DNA from: Candidatus Woesearchaeota archaeon
Lineage (GTDB): Archaea; Nanobdellota; Nanobdellia; Woesearchaeales; JABGUJ01
Assembly: GCA_018646625.1 (NCBI GenBank)
Contig: JABGUJ010000003.1
Span: 73,380 to 137,379 of the forward strand
DNA length: 64,000 nucleotides
Direction of reading: 5' to 3'
Positions 17,809 through 26,493 of the stretch are shown one piece after another. The stretch's first letter is position 1. The number at the start of each line of letters is the position of its first letter. The notes under the pieces are model-generated. The model worked only from the letters and a program-made list of their open reading frames with translations. It was not told where the DNA came from and made no database searches. The position numbers were made by a program, and so were the translations under genes.

Positions 17809-19617
17809 CTATAGATCACCTCTAAACTTAACATACAACACTTCTAAGAATAATAATATTAACAATGCAATAAGAATGTGATTAACAATCTGATACTCAA
17901 CTGTTTCATCTATCAAAGATCCACGTCTAGAATTAGAAGCAATATCTTTGCTCTGCTCTATATCAATATTAGATTCTTTATCATTCAATAAATTTGCAAC
18001 CACCACCCTGTCAGGCAAAGTATACAATCCAACATTCTCATACATCAAAGCATTAGTGTTTTGCACGCCTGTAGGCGTAGAGATTTTTGTTTTATCCTCT
18101 AGAATCAAAGTTGAACCTGTTTGAACATTAAGACTTTTGATAGATTTTTGATCGGTTAAGAACTTAATAAGATTTACCCAGAAAATTGGGTAAGATGGAG
18201 ACAACTTGAAATCCGACTCGTCATCCATCATTCCATTAAAAATAACCTTACCATCGCCATGTTTCATAAATGAAATAGCAGAATAATTATTTGGAAAGCC
18301 AGCAATACTCAAAGTATTCGCTTTACTTTTTGCCTTAATATAATTATTAACAAATCCAAAATCAATATTTTTTGTAAACTCTGTAACTTGCTCGACAATA
18401 ACATTAGCCCCACTTCCTAAACCCTCATGCAACACAGGCAATAATTTACCGTAACCTAATTCATTAATCTCAACCTGAGCAACTATCACCAACCCCTTAC
18501 CAGACTTAACTTTTTTCCCAATATCATCAAAAGTCCCAGACAAAATTTCATCAGGGTCAATACCATACGAAATATACACATCAAAGTCATCCTTCATTGG
18601 AACAATAGGCGGCTCAGCTCTAGTTACTTCGACCATATCACTCGACTTCAAAGCATACTCGATAAATTTACTTTGAGAATTAGTTATCAACAAAACTTTA
18701 ACTTTATCCCCACTAGGTGCACTAATATAACCAACATTATCAGTTTTTAAGAAGTCATTAGCCTTAACTTCAATCTTAGTCACTCCTCGAGGTGTTTGAA
18801 AAGCAAAAGTCTCGACAGACTCTCCAGCAATAGACAAGTCTTTAGTAAAATTCCCTATTTTCAAAGTAACATCTTGTTTATCGTCATTAAAATTCTTAAC
18901 ATACACAATAGACGAGTCATCGGAAACCTCAAGATTAATTATCCCGACATTCCGACTATTTTTACCAATAGGAACAAACTCAGCAGTAACCCCTTTAGTC
19001 TTAAGAACATTCTTTGCAGTCTCAGGATCCATACCTTCTGTGTTAATAAAATCACTCAGAACAAAAACAGTACCTTCACTCCCGGCCAAGACTTCAGAGG
19101 AAAGTAGAATAGCATCGCCGATTTTAGAATCAGTATCCAAGGGTTTTAAACTCTTAAGATAACTAAGAGCCTCTGTTTTACTTACAGATTCAAGTGCAAC
19201 CAAAGGTACATTTTTTGCAAGAATAATAGTATTCTTCCCGCCAAGAAAATCTTCTGCTTCAGACTTTGCCATTTCAAATCTACTATAAGTGCCTTCTTTC
19301 GTCTGCATAGAAGCAGAAACATCCAGAATAATAACTGTATGCTCAGCAACCAACTTTTGACTTAAATTCAAAAAAGGTGCAGCAACAGCTAATGCCAAAA
19401 GAATCAAACATAACAACTGAATAACAAAAAGATAATCCCTAACAAATTTTCTCAAGAAAGAATGTCTGCTTGAAGAACCAGATTGACCTAGAAAAAACAT
19501 CAAGCTAGGAATTTTAATTAATTTAGGCCTTGGTTTAATCAAATAAAGAACGATTAAAGGAACTAACGCAAGAAACGCAAGTAAACCTACCTCATGCCCA
19601 AAACCTATAAGTCCCAT
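17809..19617 (-). CDS. BatA-like aerotolerance-type vWA membrane protein (602 aa)
   Basis: N-terminus resembles the BatA N-terminal TM segment (LLAFLALVPLIVLYLIKPRP). vWA (IILDVSASM .. VLSDF) and a C-terminal TM helix follow. Confidence 0.7.
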   Translation of the reverse strand: MGLIGFGHEVGLLAFLALVPLIVLYLIKPRPKLIKIPSLMFFLGQSGSSSRHSFLRKFVRDYLFVIQLLCLILLALAVAAPFLNLSQKLVAEHTVIILDVSASMQTKEGTYSRFEMAKSEAEDFLGGKNTIILAKNVPLVALESVSKTEALSYLKSLKPLDTDSKIGDAILLSSEVLAGSEGTVFVLSDFINTEGMDPETAKNVLKTKGVTAEFVPIGKNSRNVGIINLEVSDDSSIVYVKNFNDDKQDVTLKIGNFTKDLSIAGESVETFAFQTPRGVTKIEVKANDFLKTDNVGYISAPSGDKVKVLLITNSQSKFIEYALKSSDMVEVTRAEPPIVPMKDDFDVYISYGIDPDEILSGTFDDIGKKVKSGKGLVIVAQVEINELGYGKLLPVLHEGLGSGANVIVEQVTEFTKNIDFGFVNNYIKAKSKANTLSIAGFPNNYSAISFMKHGDGKVIFNGMMDDESDFKLSPSYPIFWVNLIKFLTDQKSIKSLNVQTGSTLILEDKTKISTPTGVQNTNALMYENVGLYTLPDRVVVANLLNDKESNIDIEQSKDIASNSRRGSLIDETVEYQIVNHILIALLILLFLEVLYVKFRGDL

Positions 19618-19687
19618 ATATAAATAAACTAGAACTTATGCTTAAAAACATTAGTAACAACCAAAAAGTAGCATCAAAAACTAAACA

Positions 19688-20689
19688 TCACAAAGAAGCC
19701 TTAGGAGGTATTTTAGGATAAGTACCAGCATCCATGAATACCTTATCAACTCTCACTGCAAGTCCTTTATCTTCATCAATCATTTCCTTAGAAATCATCA
19801 TAGCAGTACCTAAAGCAACCAGCTCACCCTTAAGTGTCATTATAGCAATAGGTTCTTCCGCTTGAATATCACTATCAACTTTAGCAATGCCTGGAGTTTT
19901 CAAGTCCGCACCATGACACAAAGTACCAACAGTAGAATCTAAAACATAAACTTTACCAAGATGCTCAACAGCACTTTCCATCGGCTGAATTATTTTACGA
20001 ATGTAAGCATCATTCCCTTCAGTCTTCCAAAATGCAAAAGCATCTTGCAACTCTTGCAAAGAATGACAAGTAGATTCATCAAACGGCCCAGCCTTAGTTC
20101 TTCTCAACTCAGACATATGTCCACCAACACCTAGCTTTTCCCCGATATCGTGGCAAAGCTTTCTAATGTAAGTTCCTGCTTGACAACCAACAACAAACAA
20201 AACATCTTGTTCAGTTATTTCAAGAATATCAAAATAGTAAATTTTCCTATATCGCCATTGACGTTTTACCGCAGACTTAACAGGAGGTAATTGCTTCATC
20301 CTACCAACAAAAGAATCACATACTTCGCGAATCTTAGCCTCATCGACAGCAGAATGTAAATGCATAACACAAACATATTCCTTACCTGCAGTTAGAAGTG
20401 ACTGCACAACTCTAGTTGCACGATCTAATGCCACAGCCAACACACCAGTAACGCCAGGATCTAATGTACCTGAATGACCACACTTAGTCAAACCAAGAAT
20501 CTGCTTCGTATACGCACTTACTAAATGCGACGTTGGACCTTTAGGTTTATCAACATTAACAACGCCATACTTAATCAAATCTTCAGTGGAACGTTTATAC
20601 GGATCACCACCAAATTTAGAATCAGTTTTAGCAGGCCTCTTATCTATAAGAGTTCTCTCAATCTTCTCGAATGGAAGTTTGCCTGTCAT
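19688..20689 (-). CDS. cbf5: H/ACA RNP pseudouridine synthase Cbf5 (TruB family with PUA domain)
   Basis: KPKGPTSH and catalytic GHSGTLDPGVTG motifs, with a C-terminal PUA-like region. Confidence 0.9.
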   Translation of the reverse strand: MTGKLPFEKIERTLIDKRPAKTDSKFGGDPYKRSTEDLIKYGVVNVDKPKGPTSHLVSAYTKQILGLTKCGHSGTLDPGVTGVLAVALDRATRVVQSLLTAGKEYVCVMHLHSAVDEAKIREVCDSFVGRMKQLPPVKSAVKRQWRYRKIYYFDILEITEQDVLFVVGCQAGTYIRKLCHDIGEKLGVGGHMSELRRTKAGPFDESTCHSLQELQDAFAFWKTEGNDAYIRKIIQPMESAVEHLGKVYVLDSTVGTLCHGADLKTPGIAKVDSDIQAEEPIAIMTLKGELVALGTAMMISKEMIDEDKGLAVRVDKVFMDAGTYPKIPPKASL

Positions 20690-20711
20690 AATAAAAAAGT
20701 TAAAGGAAGTT

Positions 20712-21236
20712 TTATTCTTCCTTCTTAGCAGGAGCTGCTTTAGGTTTTTCTTCTTTCTCTACCTTTTCAACAACTTCCTTAGCTTTGTCCTCAACAGCGG
20801 TCTTTGCATTTTCCTTCAGTTTCTTCAACTCATCCTTCACATCAGCATCTGCTGAAGGCTTAGAAGGTTTTTCTTCTTTCTTCTCGTCTTTTGCTGTTTC
20901 TTTCAACTCAGCTAGCTTTTCTTGAAGTTTGCCTTGAGGTTTGTCGTCTTTTTTCTCGACCTTTTTCTCAACATACTCCTTACCAAACAACTCAGCTTTA
21001 ACAACAGAGTCATCTTCTTTGAAAGCAGTAACTTTGACTTTATGAGGTGGATTTTTTATTCCGTCTTTCCAGACTTCCTCATTAAGATACTTACCGATCT
21101 TAACATCAGTACCTTTCATGTGCTTAAGCAAAAAAGCCTGTAATGCAGACATAGCTCTTGCAGCTCTTTTGTATCTAGGAGCTTTTCTATACTCCTGTCT
21201 TAATGGAATTGTGTAAGTTCTTTCTAATCTTGCCAT
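20712..21236 (-). CDS. rpl31e: ribosomal protein L31e with K/E-rich C-terminal extension
   Basis: ERTYTIPLRQEY..APRYKRAARAMSALQAFLLKHMK. GGTGA SD before the ATG at 21236. Confidence 0.85.
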   Translation of the reverse strand: MARLERTYTIPLRQEYRKAPRYKRAARAMSALQAFLLKHMKGTDVKIGKYLNEEVWKDGIKNPPHKVKVTAFKEDDSVVKAELFGKEYVEKKVEKKDDKPQGKLQEKLAELKETAKDEKKEEKPSKPSADADVKDELKKLKENAKTAVEDKAKEVVEKVEKEEKPKAAPAKKEE

Positions 21237-21270
21237 AAGTGTCACCTATACTAGTTATACATTAAATCAA

Positions 21271-21444
21271 TTAAGCTTTAATGTTAGTTCGTCTCCAAGA
21301 TCTCTTAACAGCAGTATGCCTACCAGGATGAACTCTTCTTCCTAGACCATACTTCTTAGGAACAGTCCAAAAAGGTGCCCATCGTGTTTGCCTACCTGCT
21401 TTTGCAAGTCTTGCTTTTTTCGACGGATGTGTATATCTTGCCAT
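21271..21444 (-). CDS. rpl39e: ribosomal protein L39e (57 aa; below the ORF-track cutoff)
   Basis: Hand translation gives MARYTHPSKKARLAKAGRQTRWAPFWTVPKKYGLGRRVHPGRHTAVKRSWRRTNIKA. Lies in the conserved archaeal rps19e-PDCD5-rpl39e-rpl31e order. Confidence 0.85.
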   Translation of the reverse strand: MARYTHPSKKARLAKAGRQTRWAPFWTVPKKYGLGRRVHPGRHTAVKRSWRRTNIKA

Positions 21445-21446
21445 AA

Positions 21447-21728
21447 TTATCTCCTCTTGATCTTGATTTCTCGTTTTTCTGAAAGTTTTTTCAACAACTC
21501 TTTCAAATGATAATCTTCAATGACATCAACGCCATGTTCCGATATCAACTTTGCAAGCATCAGCGTTACTTGGACCGCCTTATCAGGATAAGCAACTTTG
21601 ATATTGCCAAACCTTTCAAGTGCACTCTTCGAAAGCTTTTGTTTAACAGTTTGCTCGAGTTGAGCTAATTGTTCTCGTTGTTGTTGTGCTTCGTTTAACT
21701 GATTGAGATTACCTTGATCAATTTGCAT
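21447..21728 (-). CDS. PDCD5/TFAR19-type DNA-binding protein
   Basis: 93-aa helical K/E/Q-rich protein in the conserved archaeal slot between rps19e and rpl39e. Confidence 0.7.
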   Translation of the reverse strand: MQIDQGNLNQLNEAQQQREQLAQLEQTVKQKLSKSALERFGNIKVAYPDKAVQVTLMLAKLISEHGVDVIEDYHLKELLKKLSEKREIKIKRR

Positions 21729-22164
21729 TTTGCTTTAGATCATCTCTAACAGCTTTTGCAGCTTTATCCAATAGAGAAACACCCTTAGGAGCGACTACTC
21801 GTCCTTTGTGTACGCCTTTCTCTGCTTTTGCAATAAGCTCTGAAGCTTCTAATTGCTGAAGTACTTTTCGAATAACATTACCTGAACCTCTAACAAACTT
21901 ATCAGGTTTGTGGCCTCGATTTTTTCTACCGCCATACTTTACCCTTAATTTGTTAGTTCCAATCGGACCTAGTTTTCTTACTGACTGAAGTACAGCAGCA
22001 CATCTCATATACCACCAGTCCTCATTTGCAGGAGGTCTCTCCTTGTGGCAACCAGTTTTCGCATAAGCTGCCCAAGCCGGTGGCTGAATAGTATTAACCT
22101 TCTTCAGTTCTTCAGCACTTTTTTCTATTACATCATTTATTGGTACATCGTTAAAAGTTACCAT
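21718..22164 (-). CDS. rps19e: ribosomal protein S19e
   Basis: PAWAAYAKTGCHKERPP..WWYMRCAAVLQSVRKLGPIG. GGGAGG SD upstream. Confidence 0.9.
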   Translation of the reverse strand: MVTFNDVPINDVIEKSAEELKKVNTIQPPAWAAYAKTGCHKERPPANEDWWYMRCAAVLQSVRKLGPIGTNKLRVKYGGRKNRGHKPDKFVRGSGNVIRKVLQQLEASELIAKAEKGVHKGRVVAPKGVSLLDKAAKAVRDDLKQNAN

Positions 22165-22402
22165 TTGATAACCTCCCTTAATCTTGATTCCAGAAGCTAA
22201 TCATTTACAATCATCGATTATGATTGCTTTACTGAACTCTAAACCCTAGATGCCCGAATCAGGCGCTCCTTTATAAAGGTTTCGCAATCCCCAGGAAAGC
22301 CCAAATACCAATATCCTGCAGAATGGGCAATTTTAGTAAGATTTATAAATACCTCGTTTCTCCGTGAAAAAATACAAATAATAGATATTGTAGGCATAAT
22401 AA

Positions 22403-23278
22403 ATGGCAAAGAAAACAAAAAAGATACCGGGACAAAGCACCTGGAGAAAAAAGAAATGGCACAAGATTGTTGCTCCTGAATTTCTAAGATCCACATTCAT
22501 AGGCGAAACACCAACTGCAGAACCAGAGAACCTAGTTGGTAAGACTACAAAAGTCAACCTTATGAACATTACAAGGAATATGAAAGATCAGAATATTAAC
22601 GTTACTTTTGAAGTTACTAAACTAACCGGAGATACTGCTTCAACTCAAATAAAGCAACTCCAAATGGTTCCAGCATCTGTTAAAAGAGTAGTAAAAAGAG
22701 GAAAGAACAGATTGGACGATTCATTTGTATGCCTTACTGCAGATAGTAAGCATGTAAGAATTAAACCACTTATAATTACTAACAATAGTACTACTAAACC
22801 AGTTCAGACAGCAATGAGAAAGAAGATGGTCGAGTTCTACAAGAAAAAAGTAGCAAAGATCAACTACGATGCATTCTGTCAAGAAGTGATTACAAAGAAG
22901 TTTCAAAAAGCATTAAGAGAAACTCTAAGCAAAGTATATCCTCTAAGGATTTGCGAAGTTAGAGCATTCGTACTCTTAAGCGAAGAAGCCATCAAAAGAG
23001 AAGAAGTCAGAAAAAGAACTAGACGAGCATCAAGAAAGACACAACCTAAGAACGAAGAAACAGTGGAAGAAGAAACAGAAGATGATGCTGATGAAGAAGA
23101 GTTCGACGAATCTGAGGAAGACGCAGAAGAAGAGATAGAAGAAGAAACTGAAGACGCTGGCGAAGAACTTGAACTAAAGACTGAAGAGAAAACAGAAGAA
23201 GCTGAAGAAGAAAAAGAAGCGGAACCTGAAGGAGAGTCTGACAGTGACAAGAAAGAAGAAGAGAAACCTTCTGCTTAA
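22403..23278 (+). CDS. rps3ae: ribosomal protein S3Ae (eS1) with about 90-aa acidic C-terminal tail
   Basis: KKKWHKIVAPEFL and the S3Ae core. The tail from about nt 23000 is E/D-rich. Confidence 0.85.
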   Translation: MAKKTKKIPGQSTWRKKKWHKIVAPEFLRSTFIGETPTAEPENLVGKTTKVNLMNITRNMKDQNINVTFEVTKLTGDTASTQIKQLQMVPASVKRVVKRGKNRLDDSFVCLTADSKHVRIKPLIITNNSTTKPVQTAMRKKMVEFYKKKVAKINYDAFCQEVITKKFQKALRETLSKVYPLRICEVRAFVLLSEEAIKREEVRKRTRRASRKTQPKNEETVEEETEDDADEEEFDESEEDAEEEIEEETEDAGEELELKTEEKTEEAEEEKEAEPEGESDSDKKEEEKPSA

Positions 23279-23299
23279 ATCTTAAAAGAGGTAAACTAA

Positions 23300-23491
23300 A
23301 TGGCATTTAATCCAATCGTAGATAAAGAAAAATGCACTGGATGCGGAACTTGCATAAACATCTGCCCGGTCAACGTTTTTGAGCTTAAAGACGGTAAATC
23401 AGAACCAGTCAGAGCAAAAGACTGCATTGGATGTAAGGCTTGTGAAGTTAACTGTCCTACTGGCGCTATCAAAGTCGAAGAGAAAGAATAA
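23300..23491 (+). CDS. 2x[4Fe-4S] ferredoxin (63 aa)
   Basis: CTGCGTCINICP and CIGCKACEVNCP motifs. GAGGT SD upstream. Confidence 0.85.
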   Translation: MAFNPIVDKEKCTGCGTCINICPVNVFELKDGKSEPVRAKDCIGCKACEVNCPTGAIKVEEKE

Positions 23492-23492
23492 T

Positions 23493-23517
23493 TTCCTTCT
23501 TTTTTCTATAATTTTTT
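23493..23517 (+). terminator. oligo-T tract downstream of the ferredoxin gene
   Basis: TTTCCTTCTTTTTTC..TTTTTT lies directly after the stop. Archaeal terminators are typically oligo-T. Confidence 0.4.
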
Positions 23518-23542
23518 AAACAATACATAGATTATACACTTT

Positions 23543-24538
23543 ATGACAAAGCTCCAACTAAAATCTCTAACACACAAAGAGCTACAATCACTTCTAAAAA
23601 AATTAAACATTAATCCATTCAACGCTAATAAAATATTCAAACACATATATCATAAACAAGAAAACATAGAAACCACCAACTTACCAGATAAAGACAGACT
23701 ATTAAACAAAATAGAAACAAAGAATCTAAGAGTAATCAAAAAAATCAAATCAAAAGATAAAACAACTAAATTCTTATTTCAACTAGCAGATAAAAACAAA
23801 ATAGAAAGTGTACTTATTCCTCAAAGAAATAAATATTGCGCATGCATCTCCACTCAAGTAGGATGCGCATTAAGATGCAAATTCTGCATTTCGGGAAGAA
23901 ACGGATTAAAAAGAAACTTAGAAACATATGAAATAATAGAACAGGTCATCACATTAAACAAAGAAAAACCCATATACAGCATAGTATTCATGGGAAGCGG
24001 AGAACCATTCCACAACTACAAAAACATAATCAAAGCAATTCACATTCTAAACAATCATTTTGGTTTTAACTTTGGCCAAAAACACATAACTGTGTCAACA
24101 TCAGGAATTCCAAAGAAGATAGTAGATTTCTATAAAGATACTACTGCAAACTTAGCAATATCCTTAAACGCAACAAACAACAAATTAAGAAGCCAACTCA
24201 TGCCGATTAACAATAAGTATGGAATCAGAAGCATACTTAATGCATGCAAAAATGCCAAAACCACTCCAAGACGAAGAATCATGATTGAATACATCCTTTT
24301 CAAAGATCTAAACGACTCATTAGAAGACGCAAATAAACTAACTAAACTACTACAAGGATTCCACTGCGCAATAAATTTAATACCATTCAACGAACATCCA
24401 CACTCAAAATTCAAAGCACCAAACAAGAAACAAGTAGAGTTATTCAAAGAAACATTAAGAAACAAGAAATTTAAAGTATTCATACGAGAAAGTCACGGTC
24501 AAGATATTAACGCAGCATGCGGAATGCTATCTAATTAA
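23543..24538 (+). CDS. rlmN: RlmN/Cfr-family radical-SAM RNA methyltransferase
   Basis: CALRCKFC radical-SAM motif, FMGSGEP, and C-terminal INAACGML resembling the RlmN second-Cys region. Confidence 0.75.
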   Translation: MTKLQLKSLTHKELQSLLKKLNINPFNANKIFKHIYHKQENIETTNLPDKDRLLNKIETKNLRVIKKIKSKDKTTKFLFQLADKNKIESVLIPQRNKYCACISTQVGCALRCKFCISGRNGLKRNLETYEIIEQVITLNKEKPIYSIVFMGSGEPFHNYKNIIKAIHILNNHFGFNFGQKHITVSTSGIPKKIVDFYKDTTANLAISLNATNNKLRSQLMPINNKYGIRSILNACKNAKTTPRRRIMIEYILFKDLNDSLEDANKLTKLLQGFHCAINLIPFNEHPHSKFKAPNKKQVELFKETLRNKKFKVFIRESHGQDINAACGMLSN

Positions 24539-25128
24539 GAAATATCAACTATCTTCTTACTATCATCAATATTCGGATATAATGTAGAAAACGGAGTACA
24601 AAACAAATCAGTTGTTACATTCCTAAGAAATTCATTGTGACCTTCTATCTTAGTTTTTAAAGCAGTATGTTTCTCAATAACAGTTTCATTATACAAATAA
24701 GGATCATGAATTATCTCAAGTTCTTTCTCAATAATCATATCCCAGACATACATTGTTTGAAAAGCATACTTCCAATTCTCAGTCTCCTGAAAAAGTCCAG
24801 CTAATTCTATACTTTTATTGATATACTCATCAACGATCAACAAAGTTTGCTCAGCATCTCTTTCGCCCTTGTTAACTCGTTTAATTTCTTTTTCCAATCG
24901 ATAAATATCAAGTTCAGTATTAGATAAAGAGTCTTGTAATTGAGAAATAACATCATCTTTACCTTCAACCACTTCATTAGACTTTACAATAATATCATCA
25001 CACACGTCAAGTTGCGCTTTTAGTTTTTCACTCTCAACTTTACCAGAACTCCAAGAAACCACCAATAAAATCAAGAACAACAATGCCAAGATCGATGGCA
25101 CATATGTATAAATTACCTTTTTCTTCAT
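24535..25128 (-). CDS. N-terminally anchored coiled-coil protein (197 aa)
   Basis: Single TM helix then helical E/K/L-rich sequence. Confidence 0.45.
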   Translation of the reverse strand: MKKKVIYTYVPSILALLFLILLVVSWSSGKVESEKLKAQLDVCDDIIVKSNEVVEGKDDVISQLQDSLSNTELDIYRLEKEIKRVNKGERDAEQTLLIVDEYINKSIELAGLFQETENWKYAFQTMYVWDMIIEKELEIIHDPYLYNETVIEKHTALKTKIEGHNEFLRNVTTDLFCTPFSTLYPNIDDSKKIVDIS

Positions 25129-25176
25129 CTACCCGCCTTATCAATCATAAATATTTAAATGTTGCCAAAGGTTAAT

Positions 25177-25186
25177 TTTATATAAT
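25177..25186 (+). promoter_or_regulatory. TATA box (TTTTATATAA) about 30 nt upstream of the map ATG
   Basis: Canonical spacing with no SD. Confidence 0.5.
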
Positions 25187-25207
25187 CCCTTCAGATCAAA
25201 GAAAACA

Positions 25208-26092
25208 ATGAATGAAACAGATCTAACCAACTACATAGAGTCTGGAAAGGTTCTAAAAAGTCTCAGAGATAAAGGTGCAACCCTAATCAAAGCAGGTAGC
25301 AAAGTAGTAGATGTACTAGATAAGATCGAAGAATTAACCGAACAAGCGGGAGTTATTCCTGCATTTCCCGCTCAAATTTCACTAAATCATACGGCAGCAC
25401 ACTTCTGTCCTACAGAAAACGACCCTACAGAGTTTAAGAAAGGAGACGTTGCAAAGCTTGATATGGGCGTCCATATTGAAGGATGCGTCACAGACAGCGC
25501 AGTCACTGTAGATTTAGGCAACAACGCAGCACTTCTAAAGGCATCTCAAGATGCACTAAATAACGCAATAAAAAAAGTACAAATCGGAATTGAAGTTAGA
25601 GATATTGGAAAAGAAATTTACAAAACAATTACTGAACAAGGATTCAAACCAATTAAAAATCTATCAGGGCACGGAGTAGGTAAGTATATCATACACGGCC
25701 CGCCAAGCATTCCTAATTTTGACAATGCAGACAACACAGAACTTGAACCAGACATGGTAATAGCAATCGAACCATTCGCCACCGACGGAGCAGGCATGGT
25801 TGAACAAGGAGATAAAGCAGAAATATTTCAAGCAATTTCCAGAAAACCAGTAAGAAGTATAATCACTAGAAAAGTTTTAAACGAAATAATAAAATACAAT
25901 TCACTTCCATTCACAACAAGATGGCTAACTAAAAAATTCTCAGAGCCGCAAGTTAGACTTGCATTAAAAGATTTAAAAATGAACGGAATCATTGTAGAGC
26001 ATCCGCCGTTAAACGATAGAAACAAAGGAATGGTTAGCCAATTTGAACATACAATCATCGTTGACGAAGACCCACTAGTTCTAACAAAGTAA
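25208..26092 (+). CDS. map: methionine aminopeptidase, type 2 (archaeal)
   Basis: Metal-ligand regions DVAKLDMGVHIEGC, SGHGVG, AIEPF and FEHT. 294 aa. Confidence 0.9.
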   Translation: MNETDLTNYIESGKVLKSLRDKGATLIKAGSKVVDVLDKIEELTEQAGVIPAFPAQISLNHTAAHFCPTENDPTEFKKGDVAKLDMGVHIEGCVTDSAVTVDLGNNAALLKASQDALNNAIKKVQIGIEVRDIGKEIYKTITEQGFKPIKNLSGHGVGKYIIHGPPSIPNFDNADNTELEPDMVIAIEPFATDGAGMVEQGDKAEIFQAISRKPVRSIITRKVLNEIIKYNSLPFTTRWLTKKFSEPQVRLALKDLKMNGIIVEHPPLNDRNKGMVSQFEHTIIVDEDPLVLTK

Positions 26093-26258
26093 GAAAACCA
26101 CTCAAGAGTACTTACAAATCGAAGTAAAATTTAAATACTCAAATAACATATATAGTACTTGGGGGGTAGGAAACAGATAATACTCGATATTCTGTTCGAC
26201 GTCCAATCTCTAGCTCCAACCAAGCCTTCTGTTTCCGCCCTTTCTTTTATCTAAACCA

Positions 26259-26468
26259 ATGGGGGTGACTTTGGTGAAGAAAATAGTACTTTTTCGGAAA
26301 TTTAGAGAAAGATTAAATGGAATTTCTAAGAAAAACAAGAGAGATACAGATTACTGGAACAACATTCTAAATCCATACACAACTAAACCTAGATTTAAGA
26401 GAACTTTAAACTCTGATAAGAAACAGATTGAAGAATATCTCTCTAAAGTCTATAATTCCAAGATGTAA
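26259..26468 (+). CDS. small basic hypothetical protein (69 aa)
   Basis: ATG ORF, K/R-rich. Coding status is uncertain. Confidence 0.3.
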   Translation: MGVTLVKKIVLFRKFRERLNGISKKNKRDTDYWNNILNPYTTKPRFKRTLNSDKKQIEEYLSKVYNSKM

Positions 26469-26493
26469 CCCAGAAATAGACTTAAAACACCAG

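Noticed and set aside
22903-23306. 115-aa and 86-aa antisense ORFs opposite the rps3ae 3' end
   Set aside because: These Ser/Leu-rich low-complexity products come from reading GAA/GAG-rich acidic-tail codons on the opposite strand.
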